Assembly (NCBI GenBank): GCA_963718235.1
Contig: CAVQYR010000001.1
Location: forward strand, 2,144,001 to 2,208,000
Length of the DNA stretch: 64,000 nucleotides
Direction of reading: 5' to 3'
From: an uncultured Actinomycetota bacterium
GTDB lineage: Bacteria > Actinomycetota > Actinomycetes > JAHEKZ01
Shown here: in pieces, positions 46,301 through 54,532 of the stretch
How positions within the stretch are numbered: position 1 is the stretch's first letter
Layout of the letters: each line of letters begins with the position of its first letter
Notes under the pieces: model-generated
Seen by the model: only the letters and a program-made list of their open reading frames with translations
Told to the model about the DNA's origin: nothing
Database searches by the model: none
Position numbers and translations under genes: made by a program

Positions 46301-46719
46301 CCGGCACACGCGCCACCTACTACTACGCCCCCTGGTTGCCGACCATGGTCCGCACCGCCCTAGCCATCGAGCGGCCCGACCTGGTCGCACGGCTGCTCGC
46401 CGGAGTCGAACCCCGCCACCCCTACACCCAACACGCCCTGGTCGCATCCAACGCCGCCATCGCCGAACACCGTGGCGACCTACCAACCGCCGCCACCACC
46501 TACGCCGACGCCGCAACCCGCTGGGGACACTTCGGCGTCATCCCTGAACACGCCTACGCACTCCTTGGCCAAGGACGCTGCCTGCTCGCCCTCGGAAGAG
46601 GCGCCGAAGCCACGCCGGCACTGCGTCAAGCCCGAACGATCTTCGAACAACTGCAGGCAGCGCCCGCGCTCACCGAGACCGACACCCTCATCGACCAAGC
46701 CACGGCCCTCAGTTCGTAG
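43294..46719 (+). CDS. Zn-ribbon + class III nucleotide cyclase + STAND NTPase + helical repeats
   Basis: CPAC/CPEC; FCDLVGFT, KFIGD, NTASR; GEPGLGKS, FEDLHW, GGNP. Confidence 0.92.
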   Translation: MVATCPACGFVLEGGFKFCPECATPISASSTRPVLEERKVVTALFCDLVGFTALSESADPEDVNRMLTDYYVVARAAIEAFGGVVQKFIGDAVVGVFGVPAAHEDDAERAVRAGLRIVDHSERLTAVGGGSLLLRVGINTGQALVQLDVTPGSGEGFLTGDSINTASRIQSLAPVGGVAVGQTTFDATSAVFEYDRLEPERVKGKSQPVAVFHAKAPLARLGTDVTRTHDSPFVGREIDLALMKGIFDKTLAAASPQMVTVVGEPGLGKSRIVAELFDYLDDRAELVTWRQGRCLPYGEGITFWPLGEIVKAHAGILETDPPGVAISKLDVVLPEGDERVWFRQRILPLLGIEATSRAERAELFTAWRRFLEHIAEADPTVIVFEDLHWADEAMLAFIEQLADRAEAVSLLVVGTARPELFEHHPDYAAGLRNTSTINLAPLSEAETARLVSGLLDATVIPVELQRPILDRAGGNPLYVEEFVRLLQDRDLIVAKGSVWELREGAQVPFPDSVQALIAARLDTLSPDVKSLLADAAVVGKVFWAGAVTAMSGRQASEVAEVLRELSHKKLVRPARQSSMAGETEYSFWHVLTRDVAYAQLPRASRAARHVAAARWIESKAGARVEDLADALAYHYATAHTLAVAAGDTNLAAELEAPAFRFLTLAGDRAVGLDTAAAVAAFEQALAMTPPGHPDRAAALVRFGWAALQATRYDDAAASVEEAITGFRAAGDLLAAAAAMGQLATVLQRLGDPRQWTLPAEAVTLLAPLPPSRELVQALTHVAADEYLQGRPEAAIGFADQALALADQMDLPLPVTALSYRGGARASLGDRDGLTDFQHALDLATAAGQAHNVAMLHNNYGLDLWPFEGATAALEIMRAGIAYASPRGLTSLTSLMKASSLSLLFDTGGHNEALDLAVDLAAQFEAAGNMGDLTEVRAIQTRILTLRGQPDRVAGWLDWLVTTTRDAGDTQVVVLCFAAAAATHTVLGHREPAAALLAEVDTTPGTRATYYYAPWLPTMVRTALAIERPDLVARLLAGVEPRHPYTQHALVASNAAIAEHRGDLPTAATTYADAATRWGHFGVIPEHAYALLGQGRCLLALGRGAEATPALRQARTIFEQLQAAPALTETDTLIDQATALSS

Positions 46720-46731
46720 TCAGCGTCGCTC

Positions 46732-47292
46732 TCAACGCTTGGCGGCCTTCTTCTTGCGCTGTTTGTACTCACGCACCTTGACCAGCGACTCGGGGCTGAC
46801 GACGTCAGCGACCGACCGGTAACCCTTGAGCGAGTAGTCGCCGGACACCGTCGTCCAGCCCCTGGGTCGCACGTCTATCTGCTTGGCGAGGAAGGCGACG
46901 AAGACCTGTGACTTCTGCCTGCCGAACCCGGGAAGCTCCATCAGTCGAGCGAGCAGGTCCTTGCCCGTGGTCGCCTCGTTCCACAGCCGAGCGGCGTCGC
47001 CGTCGTACTCGTCGTCGATCACGCGTGCGAGGTCCTGCAGGCGTACCGCCATGGACCCGGGGAACCGGTGGATGGCCGGAGGCTGGCTGCACAGTGCGGC
47101 GAACTCCTGCGGATCGGCTGCCGCGATCGCTGCCGGGTCGAGCGTCCCGAAACGGCTGAGCACCTTCCACGGCCCACGGAACGCATGCTCCATGCCGTAC
47201 TGCTGGTCGAGCATCATGCCGACCAGCAGCGCGAAGGGGTACTGGTCGAGAACCGCGTCGGCGTCCGGCTGGTTGGTGATCTGGAAACCCAT
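46732..47292 (-). CDS. HhH-GPD-type base excision repair family protein (actinobacterial)
   Basis: LLVGMMLDQQ, AIHRFPGSMA, LPGFGRQK, RSVADV. Confidence 0.88.
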   Translation of the reverse strand: MGFQITNQPDADAVLDQYPFALLVGMMLDQQYGMEHAFRGPWKVLSRFGTLDPAAIAAADPQEFAALCSQPPAIHRFPGSMAVRLQDLARVIDDEYDGDAARLWNEATTGKDLLARLMELPGFGRQKSQVFVAFLAKQIDVRPRGWTTVSGDYSLKGYRSVADVVSPESLVKVREYKQRKKKAAKR

Positions 47293-47361
47293 CTCGGCAT
47301 GTTCTCACGGGTGTTCCTGCTCGACACCTGGGAGGCATTCGGACCTACCGCGCCGATGCGG

Positions 47362-47793
47362 TCAGGGTTGCCTGGACCAGTGCTCGTTCAACCGGGCCAA
47401 CGCTTGCTCGCGGGTCAAGACTGCGACCTCGTCCTCGGAGAGACCGACGGTGTGCAGCAGGTGGTACACCACCTGCGCGGGAATCGACTCGCGCCGATCC
47501 GGGCGCAAGGAGCCAGGGCGATCCGGCGCCCGACCACTTCGCAGGCACTCCCAGAACTGGGTCGCCGTCACCGCGAGCTGGGTTGAGAGGATGTGCGACC
47601 ACAGCCCCGGCCCGTACTGATCCTTGTTGGCCGGTCGACTGATCCGCGTCCGTAGGACGGCACCGTCTGCCAGCGGTAGCTCGTAGGTGATGTGATGACC
47701 CACGGACCTGCCGCGAGCATCGCGCACCAGGGTCCAGCCCCCGATCTCACAGAAGCGTTGGTGCTCGCGCCGCGTGGCGGTTCGCGTGCTCAC
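47362..47793 (-). CDS. Putative HicA-like toxin with C-terminal extension
   Basis: HQRFC..GW..VR..G...HHITYEL..LRTRISRP; GTGA overlap with antitoxin. Confidence 0.75.
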   Translation of the reverse strand: MSTRTATRREHQRFCEIGGWTLVRDARGRSVGHHITYELPLADGAVLRTRISRPANKDQYGPGLWSHILSTQLAVTATQFWECLRSGRAPDRPGSLRPDRRESIPAQVVYHLLHTVGLSEDEVAVLTREQALARLNEHWSRQP

Positions 47794-48233
47794 CGAGCGC
47801 TCGACACCGCCGCTGCTGGGTCTTGCGTGTCGCCGCTCGTAATCCATCGGCGCAACTCGTCATCGGTGCTCAGCTCGATCAGCTCGACCACGGCCCAGTT
47901 GGCTTGGTGATTCGGTGCGTTGAGCAGCCGGTCGTTCCAGTCGTCTGCGTACTCGCGCAGCGCAGTGATGAGGTCCCCTACGGCGGCATCGAAGGTGTCG
48001 GCCTCACCGTGGACCGGCAGAGAAGGCAACCATGCGGCCCACCCACCCCCCTCGGCGGCGACCACGGCATCGGCGGGGAGCAGGCGCTCGAGCTGACCTC
48101 GAAACAGCGCCGCCGGCACGACGCTGAACGTCTCGTGTTCCCGCCGGACGGTGGTCACGCGACCGGTCGACGCAGAGTCGAGGACCGTGCGGAACTGCCG
48201 ACGGGCATCGGTGTAGCTGTCGAATCGCCGCAT
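47790..48233 (-). CDS. Putative antitoxin: Phd/YefM-like N-terminus + HicB-like C-terminus
   Basis: SYTDARRQFRTVLD..GRVTTVRR, then GGWAAWLPSLPVHGEADTFDAAV; RBS GGAGGAGG. Confidence 0.75.
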   Translation of the reverse strand: MRRFDSYTDARRQFRTVLDSASTGRVTTVRREHETFSVVPAALFRGQLERLLPADAVVAAEGGGWAAWLPSLPVHGEADTFDAAVGDLITALREYADDWNDRLLNAPNHQANWAVVELIELSTDDELRRWITSGDTQDPAAAVSSAR

Positions 48234-48256
48234 CAGGTTCACCTCCTCCACCGAGG

Positions 48257-48290
48257 GTACGTGCAGTACGTCAAGTACGTCAAGTACGCA
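48257..48290. repeat. Four 9-bp-period GTACG repeats, candidate TA operator
   Basis: GTACGTGCA GTACGTCAA GTACGTCAA GTACGCA upstream of the antitoxin. Confidence 0.75.
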
Positions 48291-48363
48291 GAGCGCGCGC
48301 ACCCGGCAAACCCGGGCCGAGGTCAGGCACAGTGGAGCCAGGGCAGGAGCACGGAGGTTCGCG

Positions 48364-48750
48364 ATGCCGGTCGACCTCAACCACACGATCGTCTACTGCA
48401 GCAACAAGCAAGCCTCGGCGGGCTTTCTCGCTGAGATCCTCGGGTTGCCGGCGCCGACGGCCTTCGGGCCCTTTGCTGTGGTCGAGGTCAGCAACGGTGT
48501 CTCGTTGGACTTCCTCGAGGGAGAGGTGCATCCCCAGCACTACGCGTTCCTGGTCGGCGAGACCGAGTTCGACGAGATCTTCCAGCGCTTGCTCGAGCGG
48601 GGACTGCCGTACTGGGCCGACCCAGGGCAGCAGCGGTCGCGGCAGATCAACACCAACGACGGCGGGCGCGGTGTGTACTGGGAGGACCCTGACGGTCACA
48701 TCCTGGAGATCCTCACGGTGCCCTATGGCGGTTGGCCTCGTCAGAGGTAG
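48364..48750 (+). CDS. VOC/glyoxalase-family protein
   Basis: LNHTIV, QHYAF, YWEDPDGHILEI. Confidence 0.9.
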   Translation: MPVDLNHTIVYCSNKQASAGFLAEILGLPAPTAFGPFAVVEVSNGVSLDFLEGEVHPQHYAFLVGETEFDEIFQRLLERGLPYWADPGQQRSRQINTNDGGRGVYWEDPDGHILEILTVPYGGWPRQR

Positions 48751-51700
48751 CCCTGGACTCTTGCACTGACCAGTGCGTCGTCGAAGTGGGCGATCGCGGT
48801 GGCAGCGTCACCCCTGTCGGCGGCCGCCAAGCCGTCCCGCAGCGGCTGCGCGATCGAGTCGGGCAGTCGCTGCTGCTGCTCGCTGAGCATCATCTGCACC
48901 CAGCGTTGCGCATCCGGCAGATCCCGACGCTTGGCTGCGACTCCCAGCAGCGGGAAGCAGGCCAGCCAGTCGACCGGGTACCGGTTCGGCAGGCTGCTCC
49001 ACAGGTCCAGCGCGCGTACCGCCTCGCGCTTCACCGCAGCCTCGTCACCTGAGCGCGATGCCAGCCAGGCCCTAGTCGCAGCCGCCATAGCGTCGTACTC
49101 AGGCAGCTCAGCCTCGACCGCCGCCTCGTGCACCGGTTCCACGAGGTCTGCCGACTCCGAAGCATCCCCGCGCAGCCGGGCGGTCAGCATCAGGTAGGTG
49201 AGCGCCCGAGCCCGCAGCAGCGTGGAGCCGAGGTGTTCGGCAGCCGCCAGACTCTCCCGGAGCAGCGGCTGCGCCTCGGCGAGGTCACGGTGCCACATCA
49301 ACGTGAACCCGTGCTGGAACAGCGCCCAGGCCCGCGCCTCCTCATCCGGCGTGTCATGCTCTGCCTCGAACAGCTCGCCGTCGAACCGGGCCAGGTCGTC
49401 GGAGATGACATACTTGTCCCGCCGCCACAGTGCTGCTCGAACCGAGCCGTAGTACGCGATCCGCTGCTGGCGGTTGGCCCGAGCCGCGACGATCGGCTCG
49501 ACCCGCGCGAGCAGGTCCGAGTACTGCTCGTGGTCGGCCAGCCAGTAGTGGACCGATCCACGCGCGAGCATGACGTCCAGCCACGCGGCGAAGGCTTCCT
49601 CGCCCTCCGGGGGGCCCGCGACGGCCGCCTCGGCCCGGTCCAGCTCCGCCAGCGCTTCGTCGTAGCGGTGCGCATCCATGAGGGTCTGTCCGATCAGTGC
49701 CCGGATCCTGGCCCGCCCCAGGTGGTTCTCCGCCTCGATCAGGGCGAGCTGGCCCCGAAACGCGTGGACCGCTGCGTCGTACCTGGCCAGGGCGCGTTCG
49801 GCGGCTGCCTGGATCCCGAGCAGCTGGGTCGCCGCTCGTCGGTCGGAGTCGGCAAGCTCAGGGGAGGATCGGTCAATCAGGGCGAGTGCTTCACGGGCTA
49901 GCGTGGCGGCCTCTTCGTTGGCGAACGTCGCTGCGGCGTCCTGCGCCGCGGTTCGTAGGTACCCGATCGCCCGCTCGGGGTCACCGCCCTCCGCCAGGTG
50001 ATGCCCCAGCGTGGCAGCGATCTCGTCCTGGCGCCCCTGGTACCTGGCCTCCAGCGCGGCAGCAGCGCGGGCGTGCAGGGAACGACGCTGACGGCGCAGC
50101 AGACTGCCGTAGCTGGCCTCCTGCACCAGCGCGTGACGGAAGCGGAACGTGTCACTGCCGTCCTCCGCATCAGCCGAGCAGACGAAGTCGGCCCGCTTGA
50201 GCTCGTCGAGCTCGGCGGAGGCGTCGAATCCGGTCAGTACCGAGACCAGGCGCGCGTCGAACGACGACCCGAGCACGGATGCCGCCAGCAGGGTCTGGTG
50301 CTCCTGCTCGCCCAGCCGGTCGATCCGGGCGATCAACGCCCGCTCCACGGTCGGCTCCAGCTGCAGGTCTGGCGCACCGACGAAGTGCAACCTGCCCTGA
50401 GCCCGTTCGAGCGCGCCCGTCGTGGCCAGTGCCCTGGCCTGCTCCTCGACGAAGAAGGGGTTGCCGTCGGTGGTGTCCAGCAAACGCTCCTCCAGCGACC
50501 GTGGCAGGTCCGCGCCACCGAGCAACGCGCGCAGCAGCTTGCGATCGTCGTCCCGGGTCATCGGTGCGAGACTGACGCACACCATCCGATCGCCACCGAC
50601 CTCGCCGATTCGCTCCAGGCTCGCCAGTGCCGCCGGCTCCGGGCGCACGGTGACCATCAGGAGCAGCGGGCACTCGACAGCGAGTCCCACGACCCGTTCG
50701 GTGAGCAGCAGCGACGTCGGGTCGCTCCACTGCAGGTCTTCCAGCACCACAGCCAGTGGCTGCTCTGAAGCCAGCGCACGCAGCAGGGCCTGCATCGAAG
50801 AGAACACCCGCTCCTGCACCGCCTCGGCACCGGTCCCTTCGACCGCCGCACCGCTGAGGACTGACATCAGGTTTCGCAACGGCTCTGCCTGGCCCGCGGG
50901 CAAGGTTGCCGCCCGCTCCTCGACCACCCGCAGTACGGACTCCCGTCCGGCGTTCAGCGGGACACCGAGCCAGGACAGGACCAGGTTGCGGTAGAGCAGG
51001 TAGGGCACCGATGTGGCGAACGACGACCCACCCGTTTCCAACCACCGGGCGCTGACGCCCCTGGCGAACACGCGCCGAGCCTCCTCGACCAGCCGGCTCT
51101 TGCCGACGCCGGCATCACCGATGAAGGCGACGACCGAGCCATCGCCGTCCCGTAGCCGTTCGATGGCGGAGCCGATCACCTGCATCTCCGTCGATCGGGC
51201 GACGAGGGGCACCTCGTCGAACACCGGTGGCAGGTGTCGGTGAGGCGAGTAAGCACGCACCACCGACGCCACGACCGGCAGGTGCTTTCCCTTCGCGGCG
51301 AACGTCTGCGGTGCGTCCCACACGAAACGGCTCTCGACCATCGCCCGGGTTGCGGTCCCCACCAGCACCTGGCCGGGGTCAGCCTGGCTCTGCAGCCGGG
51401 CCGCAGTGTTCAGGACGTCTCCGGTTGCCCCGTACTCGACCCGCGACCCACCCCCGAGCTGGCCCAGGACCGCCCGTCCGGTCTCGATGCCGACGCGCAC
51501 GCTGAACCCTTCGAGACCCCACCGACCAGCCAGCTCGGCTCCGTAGTCGGCGATCGCGTTAGTGATTCCGAGGCCGCACAGGATGGCCCGCTCGGCGTCG
51601 TCCTCGTGGGCGACCGGGGCACCGAACAGCGCCAGCACACCGTCACCGGCCAGGTCCTTGACCGTCCCGCCCAGCGCATCCACCTGGGCGATGACCAGCC

Positions 51701-51881
51701 GGATCGCACCGCCGAGGATGTCGCGGGCGTCCTCGAGGTCCAGGCGCTCGGTCAGCGCCGTCGAGCCGACGATGTCGGCGAACACCGCGGTGACGATCCG
51801 CCGTTCCTCACGCATCTCCCCCACCCAGGCATCGACCGGGGCTCCCGGTGAGCCGGGCGCCACCCCCGAAAGGTGGGTCAT
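48741..51881 (-). CDS. Class III nucleotide cyclase + STAND NTPase + helical repeats
   Basis: FADIVGST, GDGVLALFG, NTAARLQ; GDAGVGKS, LEDLQW, DGNP, FRHAL. Confidence 0.92.
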   Translation of the reverse strand: MTHLSGVAPGSPGAPVDAWVGEMREERRIVTAVFADIVGSTALTERLDLEDARDILGGAIRLVIAQVDALGGTVKDLAGDGVLALFGAPVAHEDDAERAILCGLGITNAIADYGAELAGRWGLEGFSVRVGIETGRAVLGQLGGGSRVEYGATGDVLNTAARLQSQADPGQVLVGTATRAMVESRFVWDAPQTFAAKGKHLPVVASVVRAYSPHRHLPPVFDEVPLVARSTEMQVIGSAIERLRDGDGSVVAFIGDAGVGKSRLVEEARRVFARGVSARWLETGGSSFATSVPYLLYRNLVLSWLGVPLNAGRESVLRVVEERAATLPAGQAEPLRNLMSVLSGAAVEGTGAEAVQERVFSSMQALLRALASEQPLAVVLEDLQWSDPTSLLLTERVVGLAVECPLLLMVTVRPEPAALASLERIGEVGGDRMVCVSLAPMTRDDDRKLLRALLGGADLPRSLEERLLDTTDGNPFFVEEQARALATTGALERAQGRLHFVGAPDLQLEPTVERALIARIDRLGEQEHQTLLAASVLGSSFDARLVSVLTGFDASAELDELKRADFVCSADAEDGSDTFRFRHALVQEASYGSLLRRQRRSLHARAAAALEARYQGRQDEIAATLGHHLAEGGDPERAIGYLRTAAQDAAATFANEEAATLAREALALIDRSSPELADSDRRAATQLLGIQAAAERALARYDAAVHAFRGQLALIEAENHLGRARIRALIGQTLMDAHRYDEALAELDRAEAAVAGPPEGEEAFAAWLDVMLARGSVHYWLADHEQYSDLLARVEPIVAARANRQQRIAYYGSVRAALWRRDKYVISDDLARFDGELFEAEHDTPDEEARAWALFQHGFTLMWHRDLAEAQPLLRESLAAAEHLGSTLLRARALTYLMLTARLRGDASESADLVEPVHEAAVEAELPEYDAMAAATRAWLASRSGDEAAVKREAVRALDLWSSLPNRYPVDWLACFPLLGVAAKRRDLPDAQRWVQMMLSEQQQRLPDSIAQPLRDGLAAADRGDAATAIAHFDDALVSARVQGYL

Positions 51882-51885
51882 CGAG

Positions 51886-52272
51886 TCAGGCGGCCGGCAG
51901 GTAGAACTCGAACGGGATCCCGTCCGGGTCGCGGAAGTTCAGGTGCAGCCCGAACGGCGACTCCACGATGCCGGAGTTCGTGACGCCGAACTCGACCAGC
52001 CTGGTCAGCCAGCCGTCCAGCTCCGCGCGGTCGGCGCAGACGAAGGCCACGTGGTCGAGCCCGACCCGGGCCTGGGTGAAGTCCTCCTGGACCACGTCTG
52101 GGTCCTGACGCAGGTCGAGGGCCTGCCCGGCCGTGGTCAGGTAGACCTTCATCGGTGCTGGTTCGTCGAACTCGGCGGCCAGTGTCAGCTCGAACAGCTC
52201 GGTGTACCACTCAGCACTCTTGTCGATGTCTCGAACACTGAGTGCCACGTGCTGCAGCAGCGGAGCAGGCAT
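51886..52272 (-). CDS. VOC/glyoxalase-family protein
   Basis: HVALSVRD, GLDHVAF, FRDPDGIPFE. Confidence 0.9.
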   Translation of the reverse strand: MPAPLLQHVALSVRDIDKSAEWYTELFELTLAAEFDEPAPMKVYLTTAGQALDLRQDPDVVQEDFTQARVGLDHVAFVCADRAELDGWLTRLVEFGVTNSGIVESPFGLHLNFRDPDGIPFEFYLPAA

Positions 52273-52460
52273 GTCCCCTCCCAAAGCCCAGGGCGCCCCG
52301 TGTCGACATCACTCGCGCACAGGCACCATCGGAGGCGGGTTCCTCCCACGTCCAGGATCCAGCCCCGTGGGACTACCGGCCAGGGCCATTCGGTCCGGAG
52401 TCCGGGACGGACATCCGCTGTGGTCGTCCCGACGCTGATGCCCCGGCCGATTGGCTGCGA

Positions 52461-53939
52461 CTAACCGGCGGCGACACCGACGTCGTTCTGGGCCAGCGAG
52501 TGTCGGTCGGCGTTGATGAAGAACGCCGACGCGATGGCTGCCAAGGCAAGGACCCCCGCAGACACCGCGAACGCCACAGCGAAGCCGTGCACGACCCCTG
52601 CCTGAGTGGCTTCGACGCCGTTCGCCGTGATGTATGCGGCCGTAGCCGAAGCCGCGATAGTGTTCATCACCGCGATACCGAGCGAGCCCCCGATCTGCTG
52701 CGTGGTGTTGAGCAAGCCTGATGCAACACCGGCGTCGTGGGGTGACACCCCGAACAGGGCAGTGGCAGACAACGAGACGAACACGAACCCGAGGCCCATG
52801 CTCATCAGGATCTCGGCCGGCAGAACATGGACGAGGTACTGCGGGGTCGTGTCGAGCTGGGTGAGCCACAGCATGCCCAGCGTCGCCGCCACCAGGCCAC
52901 CGGTGGACAGCGGTCGCGGACCCACCCTGGGAAGCAGCTGGCTGGCCAGGCCCGCGCTGATGATGATGCCGATGGAGAACGGCAGGAACGCGAATCCCGA
53001 CTTCAAGGCGGAGTAGCCGAGCACACCTTGGAAGTAGTAGCTCAGCAGCAAGAACATGGCGAACAGGCCACCGGCGGTCAAGAACATGGTGAGGAAGGCG
53101 CCGCCCCGGTTGCGGTCCTCCACCACCCGTGTTGGCAGGAGCGGGTTGCGGGTGTGGGTCTCGATGACCCGGAACGCCACGAGCAGCACCACGGCAACGG
53201 CGAACAGGCCCAGGGTGAGCGGATCGGTCCAGCCGTCCTCGCCCGCCTTGGTGATCCCGTAGACCAAGGTGACCAGCCCGAGTGTCGCGGTGACCGCACC
53301 GGGGATGTCGTAGCTGGTGTCGCCGTGCGCCCGGCTCTCCCGGACGAAGGGGATCGCGAGCGCCACGGTGATCAGCGCGAAGGGAACGTTGACGAGCAGG
53401 CACCAGCGCCACGACGCGTACTCGGTCAGGATGCCACCGACGATCAGGCCAATCGCCGCACCACCGCCGGAAATGGCACCGTAGACACCGAACGCTCTCG
53501 CTCGCTCCTTGCTCTCAGTGAACGTGACGGTGATCAGGGACAGTGCTGCGGGGGCGAGCAGCGCGGCGAACACGCCCTGGAGGGCTCGGGCACCGAACAG
53601 CTGCCCGGCGTTCGCAGCGAGGCCACCCAACGCCGATGCGCCGGCGAAACCGATGAGACCGACCATGAACGTGCGCTTGCGTCCCCAGTAGTCCGCGATT
53701 CGACCACCGAGCAGCAGCAAGCCGCCGAATGCCAGCGTGTAGGCGGTCACGACCCACTGACGGTCGGTGTCGCTGATCCCCAGGTCCGCCTGCGCGGATG
53801 GAAGCGCGATGTTCACGATCGAGGCATCCAGGATCACCATGAGCTGCGCCATGGCGATCACCACGAGGGCACGCCAACGCTTGGGGTCTTGTGCCTCTGC
53901 GGAGACTGGCGGACTTGTGTCGGGCTGGGATGAGGACAC
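52461..53939 (-). CDS. MFS DHA2 (EmrB/QacA) efflux transporter
   Basis: LDASIVNIALPS, GGRIADYWGRK, WRWCLLVNVP. Confidence 0.92.
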   Translation of the reverse strand: MSSSQPDTSPPVSAEAQDPKRWRALVVIAMAQLMVILDASIVNIALPSAQADLGISDTDRQWVVTAYTLAFGGLLLLGGRIADYWGRKRTFMVGLIGFAGASALGGLAANAGQLFGARALQGVFAALLAPAALSLITVTFTESKERARAFGVYGAISGGGAAIGLIVGGILTEYASWRWCLLVNVPFALITVALAIPFVRESRAHGDTSYDIPGAVTATLGLVTLVYGITKAGEDGWTDPLTLGLFAVAVVLLVAFRVIETHTRNPLLPTRVVEDRNRGGAFLTMFLTAGGLFAMFLLLSYYFQGVLGYSALKSGFAFLPFSIGIIISAGLASQLLPRVGPRPLSTGGLVAATLGMLWLTQLDTTPQYLVHVLPAEILMSMGLGFVFVSLSATALFGVSPHDAGVASGLLNTTQQIGGSLGIAVMNTIAASATAAYITANGVEATQAGVVHGFAVAFAVSAGVLALAAIASAFFINADRHSLAQNDVGVAAG

Positions 53940-54171
53940 GGCAGAGGTCTCCTGGCGGTAGGGCGGTGAACAGGACAAGTAGGGTTGCGTCTATTCCCCG
54001 AGCCCAACCATGCCCGGGACCACTGACATTCCCCGATATCGACGCCGATTTCGGCTCGTCGTGGCTGCGTGAGTCCTCAACGAGCGTCGGGGCGGTACTC
54101 GGGGGCTCCTTCGCCAGCCCGATTGGGGACGAATCGCCCACGCGCCATCCCGGGCGATGGCCGACGGCCGG

Positions 54172-54480
54172 TCAGACGTCGGGGTAGTACCGGTAGGCCA
54201 GCGTGCCCGGGACGTGGTCGCCGCCCATGGGGCAGGAGCGGTACCAGCGAACGCCTCCCGTGACGAGGACCGACCCACCTGCCGCCGGGTCACCGCGAGC
54301 CACGCGCCTCCATCCCTCAGCCTGGTCCACGACACCCAGCGGTGCCGGTAGGGGCGCCAGAGGTAGCCGACCGTCCTGGCGCCGCTCGGTGTGCAGCCGG
54401 CGCGCGAGGTGATCACCATCGGCTGCCCGTGGACGCCGACGATGCCCTGGGCGGATGGGCGCGGGAAGGTGGGTATAGCC
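54172..54480 (-). pseudogene. 3' remnant of a Kelch/beta-propeller-like protein
   Basis: YLWRPYRHRWVSW..GGSVLVTGG..YRYYP when two frames are joined at a C run near 54288; no start. Confidence 0.35.
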
Positions 54481-54532
54481 GATTTCCGGCCGGGCGCTGT
54501 CGGCCGTTCTGCACCGACCTTTCGCGTCGGCA

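Noticed and set aside
48257-48290. CRISPR or iteron interpretation of the short tandem repeats
   Set aside because: Units are 9 bp with no spacers, and there is no cas or rep gene. The position fits an operator.
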